A model generated the notes under the pieces. It was not told the DNA's origin, ran no database searches, and saw nothing but the letters and a program-made list of their open reading frames with translations. A stretch of 64,000 nt of DNA from NCBI GenBank assembly GCA_030141605.1, contig JAQGDQ010000296.1:1-64000 (forward strand), read 5' to 3'. The position numbers and the translations under genes were made by a program. This document shows positions 23,881 to 38,300 of this stretch, piece after piece. This DNA comes from Tubiluchus corallicola. Its lineage: Eukaryota; Animalia; Priapulida. The stretch's first letter is position 1. Each line of letters begins with the position of its first letter.

Positions 23881-25476
23881 GCTTCCACGACCCAGTAGCT
23901 ATTTGCATGTAATTACAACAGTGAAAAATAGTATGCATGAAATTATCACAGTGTCTATAGCAGAGCTCTGCTCTAACGAATTTTTACGGTGACATTTTAG
24001 GAGTAAAAAATTATATAATTTTGACAATGCAAAACCCTATAATTTTACTGCTACGACATTGTTGCGAGTAAACATGTTCAAACTGTTTTTATAATGATGA
24101 CAGCATTGCGTTTGTTACCGGGAACCATTAGTGTACGTAGAAGAAATTAAACTTTCTGATTAACTATTTTTACGTTATCCCTGACAAACTCAAAACAATT
24201 TGGTGTTACATAAACGCAAAATTTAGTATGAAGCAGCCCTGCTTGCCTCAAAAAGGACTTGCACAAAAATAAACATAAAAGTAAAAGTATAAATTTTAAT
24301 AGCATAAGCATTTAGGTTTCAAATTAAATCAAGTATTCAGGTATAACAATTGATTAGTCACTGACACGATCCAACATAGTTGAATCCCTAAAAAAATAAT
24401 GCAGCACTAAACTACATTTGGATATTTGCATACTCTAAATACTGCACTTAGAGATACTATTAACAATAACAGGTAGAGTGACCTTTTTGGCTTTGTCGAT
24501 GAACAGTTCACAAATTCACTATAGTCCACAGAATAAAATGCATGAGACCACGCAATGCGTTGTGATGTCACATCCGATCAACATGATAACATTACTAAGC
24601 TTTTTGCATCATCTGCGACTGAGGGAGCAGGCCGGACAGGAAAAGTAACCAAAAGCGGTAAGACAATAATACACATATAAATATGTAGAATGATTATAAA
24701 TAATCATACGAATTACACACGTGCACCGATGAGGAGGTGGTCTCCGCAATATTAGAGCTTTTCGATTTTTAATTAGCAATTAATTTTTTAAAAATTTAAT
24801 TTATCTTTATTATTAACTTTAATTATTAATGTCGGGCACTAATTTTGCTAAATTCATTTTTAATTGAAATATTGCATTTTAATCACATACGTTTGACTAT
24901 TCTTGTTTTTATTTTGACAAATAGTAATAGCTTTTGCTTGCTTTACGGCCTGGTATGCTCCATGCGCAGTCGCTCTGACCAGTGGGCATTTGGGGGCAAA
25001 AATGTTTTAAACCGTATTCTATTCTATCTATCACCTATACACCCAAATCATCTATTTCAATTCTTGCATATACTTACACTCCTATATATGCATCCTACGC
25101 GAACAAGACAAATTCTCATTTTCCTGGTGGTCACCAATTCATGTAATAACAAGGTACAGCGTTTTTTACTTCGTGCTAACTATGTACCGTAGCCACCCAC
25201 TCAGTTGTTCCCCTGTTACAAGGTAAACCATAACCTTGTGAAAACATTTAATAAGAAAAAATAGAAAGTACCCTTACGAAATTGATATGCCGAGTTTTGG
25301 ATGTTTTGGTAATTCCAGTTTCCGTTATCAAGCTTTCCCGGTGTTCTAGAAGTGAAACAATTGGGTAACGATGGTTCGTAGTTCACATATACTGTAAGGA
25401 CGTAACTTTTTGTGGTATATTTGTGAACGACAACTAAAAGAGATTAGCGTTTTTCATCCAAGAACAGTGTGTAAGA

Positions 25477-26408
25477 ATGGCCGATAACCAATTAAGTGAC
25501 GTCGTCCTACATAGGTAAGGTTAAACTAAATGCAAATTTAATTATATTAAATTTCTGTTATAGCAAAAACAGTTGCACGTTTAATTAACCCTGATAGATT
25601 AAAGCGATTAGAACTTATACGAGAGGAAAGCAGAAGAATAATTTGCAAAAAATTAAAGCTTACGACGTTCTTTATTTTTTTCTGTTTGTGCAATAATAGC
25701 TAACACGAAATTACTGATACACTTAAATTACTTTTTGAGGTTCTCCATAAAGACGAGTCAGGAGTATCATAGCTCACATGACAGCAAACAAAGCTCTGTT
25801 GGTGTCACAAGCCGTACAGGAGTTGAAACGGGATTTTCGGGGTAACAACTATCGAAAACATATTTTATACTTGTAATATACATTAGCAGCCTTCATGTTA
25901 AAATAACGAAAATAAACGTAAATGGTGGAATTATTGCTGAGTACATTCATGTGTGTTTGGAAGTTCCCTGGTAACTAAGGAAGCTTGGCAATTATAATTT
26001 ACGCGAGTGATTTAGAAAAGTCTATTGAAAGTGAACATCGCAAAAAGGACTTTTATGGAGCTACAGATAGCTTAAAACCCGCCATTAAGTGCTGCATCTG
26101 GCTTGCAGAATATGTATGAAAAATTAGGAAAATAATGTTTGCACGTATAACTTTTTAATTGCAGAGTTACTGAAGCAAGAAAAAGAATAGTGGCCTGCAG
26201 GAAAAATTATAAGCAAAAGCTTGCAACTGATATAAAAGAGTTAATATGTCGCCAACCAACAGTGACCAAAGCGTTCCGCTTGGAATGTCTCCTCATTCCA
26301 TATTTGCGAAAGGTGGAGTTCGTTTCTCATCTTACCCCACAGGAAAGGAAAAGGGCCGAAAAGCTCGTGCATAGTGATCAATCAAGAAGGACGTCGACAA
26401 GTCTCTAA
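25477..26408 (+). CDS. LKAAEAR1-like paralogue A (short). Exons 25477-25514, 25598-~25657 (uncertain), 25740-25841, 26165-26408
   Basis: Last exon GVTEARKRIVACRKNYKQKLATDIKELICRQPTVTKAFRLECLLIP...LTPQERKRAEKLV resembles the LKAAEAR family C-terminus. The phase-2 intron before the last exon is shared with paralogue B. Confidence 0.6.
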
Positions 26409-28852
26409 CTAGCATAATAATTGTAGTAATATGGGAGATAGATATTCATTTAATTAAACCAGAGTTTCCTGGAAATGGTCTTTCTTTTTTGGCCGATTGG
26501 CCTAAATTGGACTAAATTGACCCGTCGTACTAAACTCTGCAAACCATACGAAACGGCGTAGCAAAACTCGTGCGTAGACAGTGAACGCATGATTAAAGTT
26601 TTTTTGTAACCGAAGTTTCTTACAATGTTAGTGAAATTTTAATTCTAGGCCTACACAAAATTTCCAACGCTATTCAGCTGCATGCTTTATAGTGATAAAA
26701 CGGTGTCTATCAAATTAATTCGATGCGAATAAATTAATAAACATTGATCTACCGGTTCCAATACTGTATCAAGTATGCAATGTACTGTGAAAGCATGATT
26801 ATGATGTAAATCAATTCCTTAAGTTTGTGACGCGCTAAAATGGTCATATAGTAGGGTTTGTATTCACTGAGCTGACACATTAAGCTCTGCCTGTTAAGTC
26901 TGTAAAACAGTCCTTAAAACTTGCGTTTTATTTCAACAGCTTGTGACGCTTAATAGGTATGTGCGACAAATACTGATAAATTTAAATCAAAGGATGGGTA
27001 AATCGAAAAATTATGTATTATTAACCTGAATGAAGTACGCTATAAGGCGCATTATTCAATGTGAAGCATTTGTAAAGCACTTAAATTATAATCATTGCCG
27101 TAAACCATGGAAAAAGCAAGTTGCCAAGCTTTGTTTTCAAGCAGAAGCTTGTAACGCAGAACACATCTCTCGTCTACAAAGCAAAATACATGTATACTTG
27201 ACCAAGAACACTAAATAGCGAACAGTGAATCGGCATAGTTGCTATGGAAAAAACGGAAACGCAAGATAATATAGACGCAGGGATGTACGAATCCAAAAAT
27301 TACTATTTTCAACGGTTTTTGTGAATCATAACTTACCACATTTTTGCACCTAATCCCGCGAAATAGGCCTAGTGCCTAGGGGATTTTTGGCATCTAGTGG
27401 CATTTGTGCCTCAAAAAAAGAAAAAAAACCTGGAGAATGAGGTGCAATAAAAAATGTCATTTTGTCGACTAACGTTGGTACTAATAATGGAGGTACTGCC
27501 ACGTGAAAATGCCAACTAATAGGCCCTATGGTGCCCGATGAACTTATTCGGGATGGTGGTTAAAGGCGCATTTTGGCTGCAATCCCTATGCTGTATAGTT
27601 TACTGTAGTGCGACGTGGAGGCGTTTCCTCTCTGGAATTTCTTTGTCTTTTTCAACCTTCTTGTCAGTTCAAAGAGAATTTGTAGAGATGAGCGACAAAC
27701 ACAGTTTCCATGTGACATCACAGTACCTTCGCCATTGCTTCTGATTTTCGTCTTGGGTCATACTGGTATCACGTCCTAAGTAATTAAAGCTGAAACTACT
27801 GAGATATTAATTGTATGCACTATTGTTCAAAGGTTTTCCAACAGAATTACGCCTCTTAATAAAAAATAAGAAAAGTATTTATTTATATAAATGAAAATAA
27901 AAAAGTTGATAACGATAATATTAGTGTAGAAAGGAAAAGATAACGTTGGTAAAAAGTCAGCAACGAAATCGGGTTAAGGCTTAAGCAGTTAGCTTACCTC
28001 AAATCTACAAATTGCTAACACGTTTTTCGTCAAATTACCAGAGATTATCCCATTACCAGAATGGCCCATCACCAGAAAACTCCAATTAAACACTTTGCAA
28101 CAGAAATATTGTTTGCAAAACCACAATAACGATATAATAGAAATCCCTTTGTACTACGGCAAATAACCGCATGATTCGCTGGTAAACGCGGCAACGTGGT
28201 GAGAATATATAATAGAGATTTAGGAAAGTAATTTACTTCAATAAGAACATGTGTAAACGTAACCACTGCATGGGAGTGTGCGTGCGTGGATAACGGTGGT
28301 TTCCAAGTGATGTAATAATTGTTTTCACCACTGGCTTCCATAGACAGCAGTTCACCTGATAATTTTTATAGTAAAAGTGACGATGCATGTAGGCCTAGAT
28401 GACCTACGCAACTTGAAGCAATAGTTACCGAAAGAATTTGAAACTGTTACCGCTGAAATTGTATTAAATTTGATAAAAAACTTAAGGAATTATCTACATC
28501 TAGTTGACTTTGCGATGCTTTGGATATCGACAAGTTTAATAAAATCATGTACACGTTTGCAGACTTTCATGCACAAGTCCTACGCAGAACAAACGCAAAT
28601 CCGGATGGACTTTTGCGGACGTTAGGACAGCAACGTATTATTTGGTAATCGAGCTCTCGCTTGCAGTCTTAATCAACAAGGCAGGAGTTGATATATCATT
28701 TAATTTAACTTTTTGTACAGGTATATTCGAAGATGCGAGTAGAATTATGTTAATGTTCCGGCAGGAAACAATTTCTAATTATAGTTACATTTTACAGAAA
28801 TTACAGTGACGAAAAACGATTATATCTCACATTTAGACCAATCATACAAACA

Positions 28853-30592
28853 ATGCCTCATAATATACGCTTTGTTGCTAAAAACTGGAAGCACCGCACG
28901 GAAAAAGAACTGCGGCATATGAACCAAATACAAAAAAGCAAGTACTTTGCATATGAAGAAGTACCGGAACACATAAAAGAAAACGTGCAGAAATGCAAAA
29001 ACAGGTAAAGAATTGTTTAACTTATTTCAAACATTGTACGTAGAATCAAGTTACAAGCATAACTTTCAAAAATTTTCTGACATTCTCTGGTTAGGTAAGC
29101 ATATAATCAGTAAATTAGTTATTGCAATATAATTATCGGCCTTCTATAAAAAGCCTGTTTTCATTGCGCATGTATTTTACCTCGAAATGCCTCTATATAT
29201 ATACCAGTGAAATCAGATGCATAAAGGAGGTGAAATCACACATGACAACTTTCAAAATTTAATAAATGCATTCATTTTTATTAGAAAATCGATATTACTT
29301 GTTATTATTATCGTGGTTGAATGGTCTGCGCCTCCAGTGCTGATTATGTCCGAAATCCGAATCAGCTCCATTTGTAGCACATGAACCTCAAATGGCAATC
29401 TTGGCCATTTTAAATTTGACTGGTAAGTTTACCAAAGAATACCAATCAGACTTTACCTACTTTGTTAGACTTAAAACGAAGTTGAAACAAGGAAACAATG
29501 GCAGCAGTTCAAGTAGTACCCTAGATCATAGACAACATACCACAAAATCTGCTAAATCAGTAACACAGGAGACAAACTATGGGTAAGTAGTGAGTATGTC
29601 AGAATTATGATTGCTAAACGTGTAGCTGATAACACAGTTTTCAAATGGACAAGTGGACCTCTGCAATATCAAAACCAACGTCTAGAAACCTGACGTCGTA
29701 CAGATGAATCTGAAACATTCATATAATGGTTATACAATAACAAATACCTTCATTTCATGGCTATGAATCTCATAAATTTTAAATAAAGGCCAAGGGATAA
29801 ATGGCAACGTGGTCACAATAAGTATTTTGTAAGCTGCAGTGAGCAACGTTAAGCAAATGCAGAGTCTGAATAGTGAACAAACTGATAACTACAGGGACAA
29901 TAGTTGCACAATGACAACTGTCCTGACTACATTACCGAAGTACATGCACCTGAACGTGGCTAAGAATCTCAGAGGAATACCAAACTTATTTACATCAACG
30001 CAGTTGGCCGCTGAGTGCTAGATCCTAGTTTGCCAAATGCAAAACTGTGTAAAAAATATCTGACTACATTTATACTATGATCTAAAAGCAATACATTTTT
30101 GTTCAAGTATCTGTAAGCATTTAAAAAAGCTAAACCGGTTAGTAACATTTTCACTTGCACGGCTTTAGAAAAAATCAATAAAATACAATAGTCTAGCCCA
30201 ATAAGTGCTGAGTTTTATGTGAAGGATTTCAATTTCGTTAAAGTCAAATTAGCCAAGTAATATCAAGTAAGCTCCTGACACTAAAGTAAACATCGGCAGA
30301 ATTATGATCTTACAGGAGAAAGAAAGCAAAGAAGCGGATGTCTACTCTAAGAAGAGATTATGAACAAACACAAGCAAAACGTGTATCAGTGCTGATAAGA
30401 TTGCAGCCAACAGTAACAAAAGCATTTCGAATGGAATGTCTTCTTTCTCCTCATGAGCCACTTTCATCGTCGTTTGTTCCATCTCTTACTGACAAAGAAA
30501 AAGACAGAGTACAATATCTTATCCACGAAAAAACCACATTAGATGATGCAACAATGAATGTCCCGATTAACAATCAAATGAGACGACCATAA
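28853..30592 (+). CDS. LKAAEAR1-like paralogue B, ~180 aa, exons 28853-29004, 29469-29582, 30316-30592
   Basis: MPHNIRFVAKNWKHRTEKELRHMNQIQKSKYFAYEE...KKRMSTLRRDYEQTQAKRVSVLIRLQPTVTKAFRMECLLSP...LTDKEKDRVQYLI; both introns are GT-AG and phase 2. Family call is from recalled motifs. Confidence 0.72.
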
Positions 30593-32361
30593 AACTTGAC
30601 TTTTATTTTGGATTTATTTGCAGTTTATATAAAATTTACTTTTCACACAGCAGTGATAGTGATTTAATTATTAATTATATACTAACATGACAATATAATA
30701 AATAGTATCTGTACAATTATTGAAGAATACAAGCTGCACTTCATCCACAAAATAAACAATTACTGTGCCCACATGATGAAAAACAGGAGCCTCACAATCT
30801 CAAATTGTGCAAGGAATTTCTCATGTACAAATTAAGGATAATGTTTTTGTGACAAGTGCACATGTTTGAGGAGGCATGTTTAAAGGAAGACTGGACGATT
30901 GTTTAGACTTAATCTCATTTTAATCTACTGTCCAAAATATACATTTTCTTGCCTGTAAAAGTAAACAATTGTTTCTTATATTTGAATAATCGGCTTAGAA
31001 AGCTAATTAACTATAGCTATAGAAAGCTAGTTCATGATCATGCTTATCACGGTACCGCCTTCTATTTGTCGGCCAATTTGTGTGACAAAAAGGTGCCGAA
31101 GCCAATTTTAGTAGATTCACTGAGCCCCACGTAGCTTTGAAAGTTAACGAAATTTGAGTATCCGAGGTAATTATTACTTAATCTAAGCTTTGATTTAAAA
31201 AAAGCTATCGCAGTTTTCAATAATTTAGAGCATTCTTTATTCTGAACTAATGTTTACATAGTCATCCGGTTTTCCTTTAAACAACAGTTGAAATTATAAA
31301 ACTTAGCAGACGTTTTCTTTAAAAAACTCACGCTGCACTTGAACAGCCCATGGGCTATTTCTAGATTATATAATGGCAGGTGAGCTTGATAAATGGCAAG
31401 CACACCATAGTTACGGTACAGATTTACTTTCTAAAATCACAAGTCAGCACCTCAAGACCCTAGGCAATTCCATAAAATATGAAGGGAGCTTAAAAACTGG
31501 ATCATCAGTGATTCACTGTGTAGCAGGTCAACAGTCTTTTGCTAATGGCTAGTCCATAGCATATATGTTAGTTTAGCTGGAGCAGTGCAGCCACAAAGTA
31601 AAACTGGCAATAATAGGACACAAGATAATTAGCTTCACTAAATTTTAAAAGTACGTAGTGGTACTTAATAACAAAATGATAGTGATAGCATATTTGTAAC
31701 GTCCATCACTTCCTGTAGTCGAAATGTATTACAGCAAAGAACAAAGAGCTGATAATTATAACTATATAGTAAGTATACTGCATTGTAGTGACCAGTGATG
31801 TGATGCAAAAGTGTGAATGAAATGCTTTATTGTATGCAGTCAGAGGAGACCAAAAATGCTCCTGATTTGTGCATGTGAAATGTTTTCCATAAATTGTTAC
31901 TCACACAGATAACTTTTTTCATTAATAATGTTATATTGTAATTATTTTCAATAGAAAATTATGGTATCATAAATATTATTGATTACTATTTTCGAGGTAG
32001 CTCAACGTTACAACGACAAAAATCTGCCATTTTTCTAGCTTTAAAAGTAGACAACTAAATCACTTGAATATGGGCATAATTCGCTATAACTTACAAATGT
32101 AATTGCAAAATACTCACACAATCCACCACCAAACAATAACTGACGTGCTTTTTGAATCCTGGTTAAACTCAAGGCAGCTTACTGCTAATCACGTTTCTTA
32201 CGCATGATTCATTAGCTGAGTTGAAACTAAAAACATATAGCACCTGTTTGTTTTTCGAGCAAAATTTGTGTTGTGTTTGAAAAGTGAAATCTAATTACAA
32301 CAATTTTAGGCATTTACTCAAACGCTTACACAAAACAAAGGCAAGAAGAGACTATTCCACT

Positions 32362-35300
32362 TCAGTCTTCTGGATCTTTGCATTGTGTACAATTCTGCAT
32401 ATCCCTGCTGTAATCTTCAACTTGTACAGTGCTCTCAAACACATTGTAATTTGCTTTTAATTGCCTTTGAGCATCTTTTAATACTTCCCTGGGATCAGCT
32501 AACGGATCTGCAGAAATATTTTAAATATATTTTAACATCGGCTTACAAATACATAATCATCGACTAATGTAAAAAAGTTTTATTATGAATATTATAAATA
32601 ATGCTGTAATCATAATTTCTAACAAAGTTAACCTACATAATATAATCTGCATTCTCCAATGAAGTGAAAATTAGTATCAGACTTAATGTATACATACCAA
32701 TAGCCAAATGTGCTGCCAAGGCAACTTTATCCATGGTTAAAGCCCATATTCGTAAGTTGTGAACTTCTATGACACCAGGAACACCAAAAAGTGTCTTCTT
32801 GACATCATTAAAATTTATTCCTTTTGGGGCACCTGCATTAAACAAAGCTTCTATCAGTGGGTGGCATAGACAGAGCTTGAGCCCAGGGCGCCACTTGAGT
32901 TTGACACAACTCCCCTCCCAATGAAAATCCTTATGTAAGAAGATTTTATATTTGAAAAATTTAACGGCGTTGCCTCGTATATGCAATAAGAGCGGAGATG
33001 ATAAACTGAATAAACAAGAGCTACAGTAGGACCTCGAATATTTCCACAGTCTGTTTCTGAGTAGTAAAAAATCTCAGAATAATCGAGAAAGTCCAGATAA
33101 TCAGACTTACCTAGTTTTGCTTTTCGAGGGCTTACCATATCGCGAATTAACTTTGAATCTCAAACTATTTTATTCAACTTTAGGGGCTTCAAGAAGTTCT
33201 ATATTGTTTTTAATCTGAGGTTTTGCTATTATTGTGTGAGCTAATTGCAGCTTCGCACCACTATTCTACGTGCTACATTAAAAGACGATTTTTGCATTGT
33301 CTAACAGGGCAGATGGGCAATTTTATTTCAGGCAAAGGCAGGGATCTGCTATATCACTGAAATCACATTTTCTGCAAAGTTTACATTGAAGAAACAATAA
33401 CTGAATTGATGGTTAATTGGCAGATCTTTGCCTGGCCATATTCATCCTAATGTGGTTAACTGATGCAGATTTTTTTCAAGATTTAAGATACAAGATTGTT
33501 TATTTCGTATCAACACAGATACAACTGGTACATTAAAAAATACAAAAATTCCAATCATTCAAAAGTTAACAAGAAGCAAAATACTCAATAAGAAGCAAAT
33601 TTTGAAATGCACTTAATTAAATACTTAGTTAGGTGATTTGAGGTGTTACAGGGCATTAAGGAAGCCAAACTTGTAAAAATGCCCTTACTGTGAAGTTTCA
33701 AGTAATATGTAAATTTCAAAAAATGAAAGGAGAGAATGTTAATATTACCATGCATTCCCTCTATTTGATCAGGAAGATCGTTAAAGTTGCAAATAAGATT
33801 AACATACAGATGACATAACATGTAGCACTTGACTATAATACTACAGACATTCACACATACAGCTTGAATAGCTAGCCTCTTACCTTCCATGAGGACATTA
33901 ATAGTATCACGCAGTATAGCTAGAGTAGTTATTAGCACCAATACAGAGAAGAGGAATGTACAGATTGGATCAGCTAGTTTGTATTCTGGCTGCAAATAAG
34001 AAAAAGAGAAAGCTAAGTACATACACCTACTACATGGCGAGCTAGGTATAGTTAGAAAAAAAAACAGAACATCGATGGTGCTGCAGGTCCTTTCACTTTT
34101 ATGTTTGACACCTTGATGATCTGACATTTAATATAAGATTATTCTTTTTCATCAAATTAGGTTTCACAAATTCTCATAAACACTAAAGAGCACTAATTTC
34201 CTTGTGGTGCCTCCTGGTCAAAACTGGTCGAACAGTTTTCATGATGAATTTCACATAGCAAGCATTTTTGGCGATATTCGGCAATTTTTACCTTCGTCTC
34301 ACATGATTGAATGCCATCACCCAAAAGTTCTCACCTATCACTTAGCACCTATACTTGACATTTTGCAGGACAGAACCTACTTTTATAAAACCATAGTTGC
34401 AATTGTTTCCTCCCTCCTTAGGGATCGAGGAGTGGATAAAATATTTTTATCACAGCAGGGCAGTCAGTAGGTGACAGGTCACTGCATTCCTTGCACTGAG
34501 CTGATTCAGATTCTCCCACTGTACCTGCAATCCAGGGATCACCCCCTAGAGGGGGCCTAGAGGGGGGTGATCATTGCAAGCTATCACCTAAAAGGTGTCA
34601 GCTATTGCTTAACATCTACACTTGACATTTCGCAGGACACTTGCCTTTATACCACTAAGGTTCCAAATATTTGAACCCGGGGAGCCTCCCTGGAGAATGT
34701 ATTGTAAATAGCTGACCGGCCACTCTAATTCCTCAGATTGTGATGGCTGAAACTTGCCTGTTATATTCATCGTCCTGGATACACTGCAAGACTTGCCATC
34801 ACGTAACATCTAATCACTTGACATTTTGTTTCTGCCTTTATCATGTATAATTTGCTTTTTAATTGCAATTGTTTAAATCCTGGATCCGACCTCCCTCCCT
34901 AACCTGGGGAGGGGTAAAATATTTTTGTCAATGTTGTATTCTTCCACTATATTCAACCTAGATTCTCTCCACTCTGGCAATGCAGGCTGTCGTGCAAAAT
35001 TGTCAGCTACCATCTAAGTTCTAGTTCCTTGCTTTGAGCTGACCTTGGATCTTCTCACTATACCCACTATTCCTGTGCAGCTATTGAGGCTCCCTACTTG
35101 TTTACCCAAATTTTGAATGTGTCCTCAAAATGACTTTTTTGACTTTGACAATCACTTTGTCCCAGAGGTAACGCATACCACAAATCTCAAGACTGCACTA
35201 AATGGTTCAGGTGTGACTGACTGAGTCAAACTGTGAATGGACTAGGGAAAGTCAGGGTACCTAAAAACTGGGCAAGGTGCGACTCTTGCTTTCTATGATA

Positions 35301-38300
35301 CTGCATGCCTTGCACAGGGTATGATTTTCAACAGGCACTGGGAAACAAGAGGATGATTATGGTGTGTCCTGGTGACTAAAGAAAAATAATGTCGATCTTG
35401 GTCAGTAAATAGATGGGTCACTAGTGGGAAAACTCCCTCTCATCCTCCAGTTTCATCAGCCATACTGCATGTGCTCTTAACTTTGTGGAGAGAATGCAGC
35501 TGAGATAGGCTAACCTCTGCCATTCATTGTATCATTTTGGAGATAATTTTTGATCTTAGATTATTGGGACTAAGACAGCTTCCTGTCTTGCCACAATCAC
35601 CTACACTAAGTAGGCATGGGCCACGAGTGTTGGATACTGGCTTGCAGAGTTCACAGTTATATAATAAAAAAAAACGTCATAGGTTTTATGAAAAATAACA
35701 AAAATGGCTTCCACAAAAATCTCACAAAGAAAACTAGCTAACAAGGCATAAAAAATTTCATGTAAAATGACATGATTTTTCACAAACTGTCTTTGCATAT
35801 CATAAAAATTTCCTTATTTGTTTCATCTTTTGCTCTTAATACCATGATTCCTAAAGCGTGCCCCAGAAAGAACACAACTGTTCAGTAATCGATAATAAAC
35901 GATAGTGACAAATAGTAAGATAAGAAACATATTAAAATTGTTTCACTATACTCAGCATATGATGTACTAATTGCAACTGAATTCAAAATACCCAAGGCAC
36001 ACTTAACTTATTTATTTTAACTTATTCCCACTTTTGATGTACGTGTAACTTTCATTAAAACAGTTTGTCATAGCGCATTAATAACTATTTAAAACTAATA
36101 TGTATAGCAATTGCAAATTTCGTTTCACTATAAAGAATAGAAAAAGGCTTAACTGGCAAACATATTGCACATAAAATTACACACAAAAACAGTGGATAAA
36201 TAAAATGCAAAATAACTTCATAAGAATTCTATAATTATTAAGCGTAATAATATCAATTTTAACAATTAGCAGTTTAACAATTAACAATAACAATTTACTC
36301 AATAAATACCTTAAAATAAATAACGAGAGCAGCCACAAGCACTCCTAAACTTTGCACAAAGTCTCCGACTACATGGATGAAAGCAGCCCGTACATTGATG
36401 TTAGGATCTCGTCTTGTTTCTTCTATTCTGCTGCTTTTCTGCATGCTAAATGAAACAGCCACTGTTTCCCCACCACCACCTCCGTGACTATGTCCATGAC
36501 TATGAGTATGCAAAACACTACCCATGCTGAAACAGAGCAATTTGTGCAATGGAAATATTTTATGGAAGGGATGTTACCGATAAAAATGTGTACGGTAACA
36601 CTGTGTTATCATTATTGTATCAATATTATTCTACGAATACTGTGTTATCATATCGATTTTGTTGCTGCCTATCGCTACCCGTCATAAAAATGACTTTCAA
36701 GACATTTGTTTTCTATTTATGCAGAATAATTTTTTAACTTGTACTCCTAATGGCTTACAGGTAAAGCATTAAGTTACATTAAGGCACTTTGCACATCAAG
36801 ATCAGAGTTGTGACTGACTGTCTAGGTTAGTAATGATCACACAAAATATAACACCTTGCCACATTAAAAACTTCTGCAAGGACATACAGCAGTCAACCAA
36901 AAATGAACCAAAAGATTCTGTTAAATAAAATTTCATTAATGATCGGTTTATGATAACTGCACTGCGATGTTCATACGTCATATTACTACTGCATATGTGC
37001 AATGCTCTCTGTTGGCTGCAAAGCTGTTAAGATGTAATTTACTACTATGAATAGAGTTCTAATTTCATACTGTTACACTTGTATCACCGGGAAAACCAAC
37101 TGACTACAATTGGCAGTTTCCAAAGATCCAAAAGATGTAGTTTTGAATACATGCAGCAGATGTGGCCAAGCAAAGCTGAGAAATTGTGTGTAGCAGAAAC
37201 CATTGCACAGGTTACTCATTTGTGCAAAACCAACAAGGTGAGCAATCACTCAACCAATCATAATCGGACAAAACTTCACCGCATTGAGGTGAGTACAGTA
37301 AGCCCTACAAATCAAGGTAAACCAAGAGTACGACCTCATAATTACAGACTAAACCAGGGCTATGATCCGATTATCAACCAATCAGTGGAAGAGCTGCACG
37401 AATGTGTGTGCATGCACTGCTTGCAAGAAGCATATCAACCCGATTCCTAGTGAACCAATAAAAAAACCAAGTGAACATTGTCACAAAATAAATGAAAAGC
37501 AAAAATTGCAATCTCAGATATAAACAAACTTGTGAAAGCTGATCTAACACAAATCTCAACACCAAGTGAGAAGTTTTTATTAAAACTTTATAGAAAAATT
37601 ATACGACATTATGCAGTATGTGTTGTGTACTATGCGTTATTATCGGTAAGTGTCGCTATATAGTTAAAGTAATACTGAAAATTTTTAATATTTTGTAAGT
37701 GAAAGAGTATTTCAGTATTTTTGGAACCGTTGGAATTCCTTACATAATTTCGTGGTTGATGCTAACTAGTCAGAATGTTAGTTCAATACTTCCATGATCT
37801 AATTTTAAAATTTCATTTTCTTAAAACTAAATCTTATTTGAGGAGGAATGTAATGTTCACATGTCAAATCTATACTGCACATGTGCAATAGTCTTTTTCA
37901 TGTTGGCTGTCAAGCTGTTAAGATATAATTTATTACTCTGAACAAAGTTCTATTTTTATACAATTACAACTGTGCCAAATGGAATATTATACTAATTACT
38001 TACACAATATTCACTCCAACTCCAACACCGGCTGTAATTAGCATAACTTTAGCATCAATTTCGTAGTCATTAGAAATTATTCGTTCTACAGCTAAGTAAA
38101 CTAGAACACCAGTTATAACCCAAATCATTAATACTGATACTAATGCTCCAACCACCTCTGAAAAGTAAAACATATTTTAGTCAGTCTCATAACAACTACA
38201 AATCACATGTACATTAATAACAAATTAACATACTCCAAACCAAAATCAAAATTCATACATAAAACTTTCCAAATCTGTTATTATGCATACGCAAGTATAA

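Noticed and set aside
23485-23938. Thr-rich mucin-like or Val-rich membrane ORFs
   Set aside because: Products of a degenerate trinucleotide tract, open on both strands, with no splice support.
27600-27775. Minus-strand charged peptides (MTQDENQKQWRR; KKVEKDKEIPERKRL)
   Set aside because: Interrupted by an in-frame stop and could not be built into a gene model.
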